In this document: piece after piece, positions 26,616-38,623 of the stretch
How the letters are laid out: each line of letters begins with the position of its first letter
Numbering within the stretch: the first letter of the stretch is position 1
Source: Eledone cirrhosa
Taxonomy: Eukaryota
NCBI GenBank assembly: GCA_964016885.1
Contig: OZ024741.1
Location: forward strand, 363,878,001-363,942,000
Direction: 5' to 3'
Length of the DNA: 64,000 nucleotides
Notes under the pieces: model-generated
The model's database searches: none
Seen by the model: the letters and a program-made list of their open reading frames with translations, nothing else
Told to the model about the DNA's origin: nothing
Position numbers and translations under genes: made by a program

Positions 26616-26815
26616 CCTTCTGAAATTATCATCCTTATCTTTACATTCTCGAAAATTCATCATAGTCCTGTGGTAGTTGTCTTTGTTCCATTGCTTCACT
26701 TGTAGATATACATTAGTCATTAATCTTTCTGCTACTTCAGTATGTAGTTCACACAGCTTGTCTGCTTCTGTTAGGACACTTTTCCATGCTGTTTGGGTGG
26801 TACCATATTCGGGAC
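26616..26815 (-). CDS. PACSIN: PACSIN coding exon 2 (absent from ORF track)
   Basis: Manual translation (G)PEYGTTQTAWKSVLTEADKLCELHTEVAERLMTNVYLQVKQWNKDNYHRTMMNFRECKDKDDNFRR; includes the GPEYGT..AW motif and the MM wedge loop. Acceptor ctcttttcattgaag, donor gtaaat; 200 nt, phase 1 to 0. Confidence 0.95.
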
Positions 26816-27857
26816 CTTCAATGAAAAGAGAACACCATTAAGTTTTTAATTGGTGTCAAAGAATAGCATATGTTCAATTACATCTATGAGAAAAATCAAA
26901 TCAAAACAAAACAAAAAACCCAACAAGTAAAAAAGTAATTATGAAATTACAACTTGGTCATTTATAACCTCTGTGGTTTCATTATAAAGGGTTGAGTCGC
27001 AGACTAGAACATGACTATATTGTGCAGAGATAGAACAGCTATATATATATATATCAAACATTGTCTGTGTTCCTGTCCTGTAGAGAATATTGTTGAATTA
27101 AATTAAATCAGTGATTTCAAATGGAAGGCTCCCAAGGGTGTAATTTTAGTCAAGAGTGGATTTGAGGAAGAATGTTAGTCAGAGGAAGAATCCAAACTGG
27201 GAAAGAATAGTATACATTGTGTATATGTCAAATGAAATATCAATATACCCAACTATAAAGGGGATTATGAATAAACAGTTCACAAAAAAAACAAACAAAA
27301 AAACTTGCTGCTTCCAACACAATCTTGTTTGGGGCTGTACAATTATTGAAGTTTGAAAACCTTGTTCATGTTAATATGGTGCATGGGTGAAAAATTACTA
27401 GATAACAATTCAAAATGGGGAGGAATTGAGGAAATCTGAGATTGCAAGGGGTGCGGTGAGGGTGATGATATGATCGAGGTTTGTGAGAATTACAAAATTA
27501 GATAAACCACAATTAAATATGTTGGTGCAAGTTTGTATTATTCACATGTGAAAATTATAGTTCTCACTTTTCATCCATTTATATATATCTGCATATATAA
27601 AATATAATGTGTAGAGAATAAAATATTACTGAATTAAATTAAATAAACCATAAAATCAAAGATGTCTTCAAGTCTGTATCATTCACATGTGAAAAATACT
27701 TTTCCCATTACATGCATTTGATATATTGATACATTATGAAACACACACACACCTAATATATATGTTACTGGCATTGTCAGGTATTGTATAGAATACCTAA
27801 AACCTCAAGGCAAGGTATTAAATACACATATTCTATTCTGACCTTATATAGTTTACC

Positions 27858-27950
27858 TAACATATATACTAGAATATAAGCCGAATCCCCTATTTTTGTC
27901 TGAAAAATTAGCAAAAATCAAAACCCCATATATACATTGATGCAGCTAAT
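27858..27950 (+). mobile_element. Possible Tc2/pogo-type TIR remnant
   Basis: catatatactagaatataagccgaatcccctattttt resembles TcMar-Tc2 termini from memory; no partner end found. Confidence 0.3.
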
Positions 27951-28459
27951 TAACACATTATTTTTAGATTGGTGTGGCTTTTAAATTCTCATGAGTGGAG
28001 AATATAATTATGAAGCTTTAATATTTTAACATTTAAAATGTTTCAAGTGTCATTTAGATAGTTTTTGTTTCACAATTCCATCACATAAGTTTTTACAATT
28101 TCATCCATTTTATAAAGTTTCAATCAATTTCTTGAATGTTTGTTTACTTCTGGCCTCTCTGGGGAGATTGAAACTATGTTCAAGGGGACATAATGAATAG
28201 GGAGTAGTTAAAAGAAAGAGATTGACTAAGAGAACATTGTATATGGATTCAGAGTAGAAAAGGGAGGGAGGGAGAGAGACAGCAATAGAGAGAGAAGAGA
28301 CTGAGTAAGAAAGTGAGAGCAATCTGTTAGACACGCAGTGACTAACAACAGAATGTTTTAAGTCTGCGTGTCTGACGTACATGCGTAGCATGTGAATAAA
28401 AAATTCAAGGGGTATCTCTGGCCGTGGTGATCCCTGCCAAACATATTTTGTAATGTATT

Positions 28460-28684
28460 GTCTTATTGGCTAATTTCATCGTCTTATTGGTTAATCAACC
28501 AACGAGAGTAATTGTTGCTCAAAAGCATCCGCCATTTTATTTGCATGTTTATTTATCGTTTCGCTTTCGAATCCTCCTCTAGTATTTCGTCGTTTATCAT
28601 CAAAATATTTTTCTCGTTTTGGTAAGCTATATTGTTAATTCATATATGATTTTTTAAAATTTATATTAACTATTTTTTTTTCAG
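28460..28684 (+). promoter_or_regulatory. Promoter-like island (2 CCAAT, YY1, octamer) with candidate first exon and 63-nt intron
   Basis: ATTGG at 28465 and 28486, CCGCCATTTT at 28529-28538, ATTTGCAT at 28539-28546, local CpG retention, g|gtaagc at 28622, and ttaac...tttttttttcag ending at 28684. Confidence 0.4.
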
Positions 28685-29042
28685 TTCGTTATAACATGCT
28701 CATGATATTGGTTGTATCATATTTACTTGTATATTTGTCCATACTATTGTTTGTTTTATGTTAGATTATTTTATTATTATTATGTTAGACTATTTGTATG
28801 TAATATTTAATTTTTATTAATTCAACTATAACAATTATGTAAAATATATTTATTTAATATTGATTGTTTTTTGTTGTTTATATTAAGTTTGAAAATATTT
28901 TTATACATCTTACAATAATATTTATAAGATCATTTATAAAATAACAATTATATAATCTAATTACATTACAACGATAATTTATTATTAATATATATCATGT
29001 TTAACTAGAGTTATTACAAGCGTTGCCTTAAAAAAATATTAA

Positions 29043-29490
29043 ACTAGACCTGAAAAATGCGCAAGCTCAAAAGAGCCACAGAATGTTATAATAAACCTTC
29101 AAAAGTGTGGGACTGGAGTTGTTGGTTGTGAATATTGTAATCATTATCTATCGTACATTCTGTGGCATCCTTTTATAAAAAAGAGACTCATAACGAACTC
29201 AAGACGACACGATAATTATTTAAGTGAATTTATAATATAGAATTCGGTTTAAGTGCATTTCGTATTAATCATTACTAAACATCTAATATGAGATATTGAA
29301 CATTAGCTTAAATAATTATCGTGTCGTCTTGAGTTCGTTATGAGTCTCTTTTTTTTATAAAAGGATGCCACAGAGTGTACGATAGATAATGATTACAATA
29401 TTTTTGAGCAACAACTCTAGTCCCACACTTTTGAAGGTTTATTATAACATTCTGTGGCTCTTTTGTGCTTGCGCATTTTTCAGGTCTAGT
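29043..29490. mobile_element. Foldback MITE with ~182-bp terminal inverted repeats
   Basis: 29043-29224 is a near-perfect reverse complement of 29307-29490, with an 82-bp spacer; termini actagacctgaaaaatgcgcaag. Confidence 0.85.
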
Positions 29491-32400
29491 AAAATATAAG
29501 ACAAGTAAAAGTGAAAGAAAAAAGTATAAGTAAAAAAGAAAAACAGCTGGCATGTGTGCATAGGAGATATTTATGTATTAAAAAATTCAAATTATATAAA
29601 TTGACAATGTAGTAAATGTAGAAAAAGAGTATTTCATTGTAAAATAATCAATCCAGATCTTTAGCCCCGATTAAACAAACTTATGATCAAAGACATTCCA
29701 GCCATGACTATCCTGTCTTTTCTGAAGAGACAGTGTAACCTGAATTGCACTATGCAAAGTGTCTTTCTTTATTATTTGAAGTTGGTGAAAATTGTCAAAA
29801 TATTGACCTTGAATATAAGCACCTCACCTCCATTTTACCATCAATATTTTTGTCACATATTTCTTGGCTTATATACGAGTATATACAATGCCAGGCTTGC
29901 CATTTTACCAGTAACATATATACTAAGAGAAACGTTTTCAAGGGGCAGTGATTCTGATAGTTAATTATAATAAAGATTTGTTGTTTAGCTCTAGTTTGAG
30001 CCTAATCCAGCAGATAGTTCTTCAAGCAGTAAACTAAATTCTCCAGCATGTCCTTTTCCTTAAGACAGCAGTAATCTACTGTCATAAATAGTTTGAGGGA
30101 TATTTGGCTGCTATTTTTAGCATGTTGAATGACCTTAGGTTTATACACAACTAAACAAGGACAATGTTTCTGCTCTAAGACAAGCTACATCTTCTGATTG
30201 ACTCCTAAACTACATAAATGTAAACTAGACCTCATTAATAACACAGTTACTATAGCAGATTATACCCACTGCATGGCACCTGAAACAAGTGTCTTCTACT
30301 ATAGGCCTAGTGTCTTATAAGTGAAATTTGGTACACATAATAAACTGTGTGGAAGTTCATTGTATATGTATATAATATGTGTGTTTGTCTCTGCATATGT
30401 ATAATATATATATGGCATTTTCAGTTCTACTCTATATTTCTAATTAGACTTGTGATGTTCACTGCTTTAATTCTTTATATCAAAACACCTGAAACTGCCC
30501 AATTTCTATGGTACAAAACTATTTTAAAGTGTTTATATTTATCTAAAACCTTCATTTTATGTAAGAGTCTTTGTTGTATTATGTTCCAAACAACAGCTTA
30601 ATAATAAGATTTGTTTCACTACCAAATCTCCCCAAATTCTTGATTATTTCCAAAATTATTTGAAAATTATATAGGCAGACAGTTGAAAATGTAGGTGAGC
30701 ACAATCAAGTTGGATCTCGAGTTAATATCTGGTCTTCACATATACAGTGTGCATGACTGGCTAATGATATATATGTTGGATATCTGTGATTGCAATGCAA
30801 GGGCAGCCTCTGTTTGTAATGCTGTGAATACATTGGTTGGAGCCAGCTCAACACATCCTGGACAAACACTGACACAAGTGCAAGTACACATGATTTCTTG
30901 TCAATGTTAAAACAATTATCATTTGTTAGGCTATTAATTTCATATTTTAGAGATAGGTGTTTCTTTAAATATTTACATGTGTAGATGTAAATATTTAAAA
31001 CAATGTTCATCACCAAAAAATTGTTATTTCATTGCTAAATATTTGTTGGCCCAATGTCAAGTTACTGAACAATAAAATGTATGAGATAATAAATAGTCAG
31101 AGTAATTTCTAGGAAAACATAAGGCTGTCCAGTTGTATCTTTGATAATACCATCCAGTTAGTAAACTATTCACTTAGTTTGTTCTGGCGAGACACCAACT
31201 TTTTCTGGTGAGAATAATGGGAGTGGATTATGTATGAGTCTTTGTAAACACCACATCATGCAAAATGCAAATACAATAGTTAAGTATTTTAAACCCGATT
31301 TAAAATTCTATCAGTTTTCAATAAGCATTATTTCTGATATTTATAATCGAACACAGGCAAAAAACGTATTGGGTTGATTACCTTGTTTGATAGGAAGGGC
31401 ATCCAGCTGTAGAAACCATATTGAAACCAAGATGTATGTGAGACCTGGGTCCCAGCTCATCTGGGGTGGGGGTGGGGAAAATAGCTCTGATTAAGTACTG
31501 ACTTGGTTTGTGATCTTAACCACACAGCCATACTAAAATTCAATTGTTACAAACAACAGGATTCACACCATTAGAAGGTTGGTGTACACCAGAGGGAGAT
31601 AAAAATGCAAATGAGAATAGTAAATGGGATAAACAAGCTGGGATAGGGATAGAAACTGATTTTCCCCCCCTCAACATAATGTACTTTGTATAACATTGAG
31701 AAATTTCATCTTTTTATACTGTATCTTGAGTTTTAGAATAGTTTCCTGCATGTGGTAAGCAGTAATAATTAAAAGTGTTGGTATTAGGATGGGCAACCAG
31801 CTGTAAAAACACTTACTCAAAAAATCTAGCCCAACCAATGACAGTATGGAAAAATGGATGATGGTGATAGTGGTGGTGATGGCCATAATGGTGATGGTAA
31901 AGATGATAAGGATGTGGTATAATTTACAAGTAGATTTAACTGCTATTTCTGGCAAGCCAAGCAATCCCTTAGATACTTCCTCCACTGACTTGGAGTTTAC
32001 TGTTAGCAACAAAGAGCACTAAAAACTACATGTTGACAAACCAGTATGATTTGTTAAGTGCACATCATTACTTATTACAAAATCTTACTGATAAATATTT
32101 TTCTTGATCAATGTCAGGTTACTACTAAGAATCAATAAAATGCACAAGATAATAAGTAAGGCTAATAACTTTGCTGAAAAACATGTGACAGCTGTGTAAA
32201 TTGTATTCACAGACACATGGTCCACCAACAATATATCTTATGTCTTTGTTAGTTCAAATCAATGAATGTTTCCAATACATCATCTGAAATCTGACTGAAC
32301 AAGGGTCTACGCAAACTCATATACTGACATCAAGGAAATTAGTTTTGTTGAAGATTTAATATCAATTAATTCCCCGGAAAACACAGAAACAGACCAGAAT

Positions 32401-32871
32401 ACTTTTATTTCCTTTTTTTCATGTTGTATTTCGATCTAATTTTTATTTTATTTTGTAGAATTGTTTATATATTTACATGGCATTAAATTTATTTAAAATA
32501 ATTTAGTCTTTTAATTTCTGAAATAATTAGATCTTTTTCCAAGTGTACTAAAATTAGTCAAGGTTGACATGCAAAATCTAATTGAAACAATCAGGATTGT
32601 TCCAATGACATTATGATGGTCATTCCTTATATTAACTGACTCGTTGGACTGTGTAAGTGGTTGAGTATGTGTGACGTCCAAATGAGTATCCTCCACCTCC
32701 AACTAACTTACCCTCTGCCTCGTTGGCTACACCTCCTCAGCTGCCAGCATTGCTCTGCATGAAGCAATGGCAGTCATTTACTCAGCTAGAAACACTATTT
32801 CTGTTGTTTTCATCAGGTTGGTATTCAAGATATTTAACTCTTTCATTGCCATATTTCTTATTCCTATTTAT

Positions 32872-33226
32872 ACGACCGTGACTTCTGGCGTCACGCAGTA
32901 ATACAGGGTACCCGACCTCCCATGGGTACAAGCTGAAGCATATAGACAATATGCCCCCACCGCAAGGTGGTCGTGGAGGTGCCACGGCAAAAAAAAAGCA
33001 CCCAGCCCACACTGTAAAGTGGACGTGTAGGCGCCACGAAAAAGCACCCAGCACTCACTGTAAATGAGGTTGGTGTTAGGAAGGGCATCCAGCTGTAGAA
33101 ATCAAGCCAAATCAGTTCCTGTATGAGCAAGGCATGGTCAGCCGACCAGACACTGCCCACAACAGGACAACCCGTCTAACCCATGCTAGCGTGGAAGAAC
33201 GGACGTAAAACGGAGATGATGATGAT
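32872..33226 (+). mobile_element. RTE LINE 3' end fragment
   Basis: Collinear with 3750-4120; structured modules and GAT tail. Confidence 0.85.
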
Positions 33227-33923
33227 ATGAAGAATTTGGAGGGATTTACTAAATGATTAATTATTTCATTATTTCAAGATGGTATTTGTAACACAACAAA
33301 AGGTTCATATATCAAATTATGTTGAAATATTTCAATTTAACTAGAAACCTTTTAAAATGGGTAGTTTTGTTTCATTGAACCAGAGGTGGTTTGGGACGGG
33401 TTCGTATTGAGAGGGTTAACTGGTTGTATACAACTTGATAGGTACTCTGAAACTGTGACAAGCACCAAATCACTCTCAAATCAAACCATACAGTCTTGAA
33501 ACATTTAAGGAAGGAAACATCTGATAATGTAATCCTGAATATATAGTAAAAAATGAGATGATCATGGCAGGAATGCTTTTAAACATAAATTTGCTCAATC
33601 AGTAGCCTAAACAATAACAACATTTAGAGTGTCCTTTGCTGGCTTATAAGCTAGCAGATGGAGTGTAGTTGGTGAGTAGGTCCTTTTTTTAGATCTATCC
33701 CAAACAATGACAGTAAGCATATTTATTGAATCTTCTTTTACTGGTTTCAGCCTCATAATTATTTTATCAATCTCTATTTGTCTAACTGCTAAGTTACAGG
33801 ACACACACACATACACTGGGTAGAAAATGACAAATAGAATGAGGGGAAATAAGTTGGAGAAAGGGCTGGACAGTTGAATGTAAGAGGTAAAAACAAGTTT
33901 TTCACCTTTTGTTTAACTTGTTT

Positions 33924-33963
<40 letters not shown>

Positions 33964-34408
33964 CATACATACATACATACACGTACAGCAGGCTTCTGCA
34001 CAGCCTCTGCCTATCAACTTTCATTTATAAGACATTAGTGAACTTGAAGCTAGCTCTTTAATTACACAACCATATTTCCAGTCAAGCATAAATCTGACAA
34101 TTCAGTAATTTCATTAATTAGCATTTACAACAATGTTTTTTTTTTTATGGTGATGGTATTCAAGATATTCAACTCCAGTTGTATACAACTTAATAAGTAC
34201 TTTCAAACTATGAGAAACACCAACTACCCCCTCCCCATCTCCAGTATCAACATGATAGATTTTTACCCTTTTCACAAGGTAAATATTTTCGGAAATTAGG
34301 TCAAGAGGTGAATTGCTTGTAAATATTCAGGCTGAAGTATTTACTTATATATAAAACCTAGTTCTAACATAAACTTGCAATGATTTATAGAAAATTAGTT
34401 CTTGAAGA

Positions 34409-34567
34409 TTAACCCTTTAGCATTTACATTATTCTATATTTACTATTGTATTTTCGCAGTAAGGGCATTGCACATAATATTGAATCTACAAGATTTTGAT
34501 GTTATTTATTTTGAGAACAATACCTTATTGTAGATATGAGTGGCCAGTTACACTGCTAAAGGGTTAA
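34409..34567. mobile_element. piggyBac-like MITE, family A, both termini intact
   Basis: TTAA|ccctttagca...tgctaaaggg|TTAA: perfect TIR with TTAA TSD. Confidence 0.85.
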
Positions 34568-35678
34568 TCTTTTTGTAAAAGTAAAAAAAAACACTATGAA
34601 TTTCAAATGAAAATAATAAAGAATTTGGAGGGAGTTTAGTAATATAATTAACTTATTCATTATTAAGTTGAAGTATAAATTTACAAAGGTTTGTACATAA
34701 AATTATGATGGAAGACTTTTAGATAAATATAAACATCTTAAAATAAATAGTTTTGCATCAAAGAACCAGGGGCTGTTTCATGTGTTGTATCAGGGAACAA
34801 CCTTTTATTTTGTTTATTATTTATTTATTTTAATATTTACATCGGCACTATCTTCTGATAGGTTTGATCACTGATCAACATCATCAAATGTCTTATATCT
34901 GGAAATATACACATGATCCTTCATTGGATTTAAACTAGGAATTTTTATTTATAAACGGAAAGTAATAATATTCTTACCCATTACATCAGTGATGTACAAT
35001 TGTTTTCAGAAGGTAGTCCACAGAATTCATGGGAAAATTTCATTGAACACCAAATATAAATTAACTTTCAATTGCATTATGTAATACAGTAAGACATAAT
35101 CTAATCTAATCTGGCCGAGTTTACACTCGCAAATAAGAAGAACCTGGATTTGGTGTACTTCATATTTGTTTTGGTTGCAATCAGGGGTCGCTGCTTTTCT
35201 CTTCTAACTCGAGCAGGAGTGCTTTTCCATTGTCAATTTGCATTGATCATCTGCAAAGATGCATTGTTCTCTGAACCACTACACCAGTCTTTCGATGCAT
35301 GTAGCTGGAACTACTGCCACCCTTTGATTTGGCAGGATTGCAACTCATTTCTACAGCTGAGTAAACTGGAACAACGTGAAATAAAGTGTCTTGCTCACAA
35401 CATATCACGCGGTCTGAGAATCAAACTCAAAACCTTTTGATTGCAAGCCCAATGCTCTAACCACTAAGCCATGCGCCTTCAGGCATAAATATATTCTAAA
35501 TTAAGGTAAATTTATTTTTTAATTGGATTATAATCTAAAATTATAATTCAATTAAAATAATTATAATATTAAAAAAAAAAATGAGTGACTGTTAGTTGGT
35601 ATTGATCACTGATGGTTCACTTGGACTATGTGGCACTTCATTGCATTAGGGCACTAATTCATGTAATCCAGAAATATG

Positions 35679-35722
35679 ACATCTGATGATGACTTCCGAT
35701 GAGAATGATTGAAATATAATGT
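35679..35722 (+). ncRNA. Possible degenerate hammerhead
   Basis: acat-CTGATGA-...-GAAA-t-ATA-atgt; stem I pairs but stem II is poor. Confidence 0.3.
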
Positions 35723-37484
35723 AAAAATAAATAGCCAAAAAAGTTCCCCCTTAAAGATGGGGGTTAACAATCAAAAGAGTTATACTATAAACAACAGGCA
35801 TTCTTTTCAGTCATAGTGCAGCTATGCTGGAGCACTGCCAAATGGGGATTTAGTCAATAATATCAAATTCAGTACTTCTTTTAAAGTCTGACACTTATTT
35901 TATTGATCTCTTTTTGTCCAACAACTAATTTAAGGGATACAAACACAAACATGAACATGTGTGTGTGTTTGTATGAGTGTGAACAAAGTGTTAGGTGAAA
36001 ATGTCAGAAGGAGAATGCTCTGCGTAAAGTGTATATATAGAATCTCACTGTCTGAAAATGGTGATCGGGGAAAAACTCCAATTAAGCATATACCAAATTT
36101 CACTTACAAGGTATTGTGACTGAACCTAAAACCACATGGCTGCATCTGCCTATTTGTACATTTAAACAACTAATCCTTATTTCCTATTATTAACAGTAAA
36201 TTGTAATTACTTTTTTAAGCTAAAAAAACAAATATTAAGACTCCAATGAGTACCTTTCTGAAAGAGGAACTTTCAACAAATGTTTACTTATCAAAGAGCT
36301 GATTATTAATGTCCTAAATAGAGCTAGCTGCCTAAAAAAACTATATATATCTATCTATTCACATGACATCTGAACAAGTCAGTACATTTTGGTTAAAGAA
36401 AAAAGTACAGGTGGAACAGAAAATTGTATAATGTTCTAGCTACTGATCACACACACACAAATATATATATCATAATGTGATTGTGGTAAGACATAAGAGT
36501 ATGTTTTACAGGTTATAAACATAATCTGATGACAGACATCTATAGGTAGAGTAGAGGGGTTATTTAGTATTTTTTATATCAATAAAGGCAATAAACAGCC
36601 TAAGAAAACTTGCCAAACAAAGAGTTGAGAGGACTCTTCTGTTATATCAACCTCCCTAGTGCTGGTGCTACAATAAAATACGAGAGATCCATGGCTCCAA
36701 TTAAGTACCAACTTGGTCAGAGAAAATGAATGTTAAATAATAATGATGATGATGATATATTCTATTCTTGAATTATCCGCTGCACTGTAGACTAAAGCAT
36801 TATTTCCACATATGGAAAGGAAGTTTCTATACAAAAATGCTATAAGTAGTTACAACAAAACTGAAATTGATTAAGAACAAATCAGGAAAAAAAGAAATGT
36901 CTAAATACAAATACAACCCTCCCTCTTTCCCATCAACAATAATCTGTCCTACCAACTAAAAATAACATCAACATCGAATTTCCCCAAAAGGGAAACAAAA
37001 GCTATGCTATCAAATAATAGAATCATCTCATTTAATGATTGTAAGAGCCAAAAATATTGCCAAAAGTCTTAATGTAAATGTTAGATGAATAATATGGACA
37101 TTTGTTAACAGAAAACCAGTTTGACTTCTTGAGATGTAGATTGAGCAAAGATACAATTTTTATCAAACAAGGTAATCGCAGTACAAAAATATGTAGAACT
37201 GGCTTTAAAAAAAAAACCCATCAATAATATCAATAGACTTATTCAGGGTTTCAAATATGACTATCATCATCTGAAAATCATTACTCTACTGAAAACCCCA
37301 TGAAGCATTATGAATGCTAGCTGACCAGCTCTCGTTGAACACTAAATGTTATAAGGGCAATCAATATTTTATGTATAGTCATTGTCCTACATTAGAGTCA
37401 AACATGAACTTCTGCTGTTCCCAATTAATAATTCAATATATATATATATGTATGCACACACGCATGTATATAATCATCATCATC

Positions 37485-37838
37485 TTGGCCTGCTGGTTGC
37501 ACAGATAGCCATGACTCCTCTCCTCCATCCAACTGTCATCCATTGCTCATGGCAGTTCCTCTGGATTGCAATCAGCATCCTCACATAGCTGTTTGATATA
37601 GGTTCTACAAAGTCTGCCCACGGGATATCATGCCTTATTGTACACAGCAGCATATCACTGACAATTTCATTCTATAATTCGCAACTGTGTCCCTCGAATC
37701 TAGCTCATTTCTCTCGGATGGTATGAGAGATTGCAAGTAGATAGCTGTAGAGTTGCTTTTTTTGTAGGGTGTTGTTTCCAGGATTTGTTTAAAGCAGCTT
37801 TGAGCATTCTTATATATGTGTCATCTAGTTTCTTTTCA
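37485..37838 (-). mobile_element. Decayed RTEX-like LINE C-terminal remnant
   Basis: KKLDDTYIRMLKAALNKSWKQHPTKK/QLY.YL.AISHTIRE..ARF.GH; (GAT)n tail near 37475. Confidence 0.7.
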
Positions 37839-38137
37839 TCTAAAAACCTTCCCTCATAATTTTATGTAAGAACCTATGTACCAAACATCAGATAAACAAT
37901 GGGAAAGTTAGTTATATTACTAAACCCTTCCAAACTCTTGATTATTTACAAAATTATTTCAAAATCATAGGCAGTCTTTTATTAGAAATATAGTAATGAA
38001 AGGTATTACATTATAAACAAAGATATTGACAATTAGGACATAACTCCAAAAAGATCATATTTATCTACCTTTCATGACACTAAATATATAAATACATCAT
38101 GGCAATTATTATGTCAATTACAAATATGAACCTTATA

Positions 38138-38351
38138 TTAACCATTTAGCATTTACATTACTCTATATTTACTATTATATTTTCACGGTAAAGGCTTTAC
38201 TTCACATAATACCGAACTTGAGGTTTTGATGTTATTTATTTTGATAACACTACATTAACATAAGAATGAGCAGCTGGTTATGGCTTGTTTGAACAGAAAG
38301 AAGTGAGAGAATTCTGGCTGGATATGGCCGGTTTAAATGTTAAAGAGTTAA
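38138..38351. mobile_element. piggyBac-like MITE, family A
   Basis: ttaaccatttagcattta...taaatgttaaagagttaa. Confidence 0.75.
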
Positions 38352-38445
38352 TTAGATTTTAACATTTTAGCATTTTGATAATAGTTTAATAATTGCTTCT
38401 ATCATATAACCAGATATTGACAGACTCATTATAAAACATTATTTC

Positions 38446-38623
38446 GTGGATTGGCTGTATTGGTAGAGAGTCGGACGCCATGCTTTGCAGCAAAGAGTTA
38501 CGGCTCTTAATGATCTGAGTTCAAATCTCGCCGAGGTCAACTTCGCCTTTCATCTTTACGGGGTCGATAAAATAAAGTACCAGTAATACACTGGGATAAT
38601 TGCTGGTCTTGTGCCAGAAGTAG
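38446..38623 (+). mobile_element. Nin/Deu-like SINE with 11-bp TSD
   Basis: TSD aacattatttc on both sides; intact core. Confidence 0.9.

Noticed and set aside
32511-32760. Possible second RLE fragment (LDVTHTQPL)
   Set aside because: Too short and degenerate to assign without a search.
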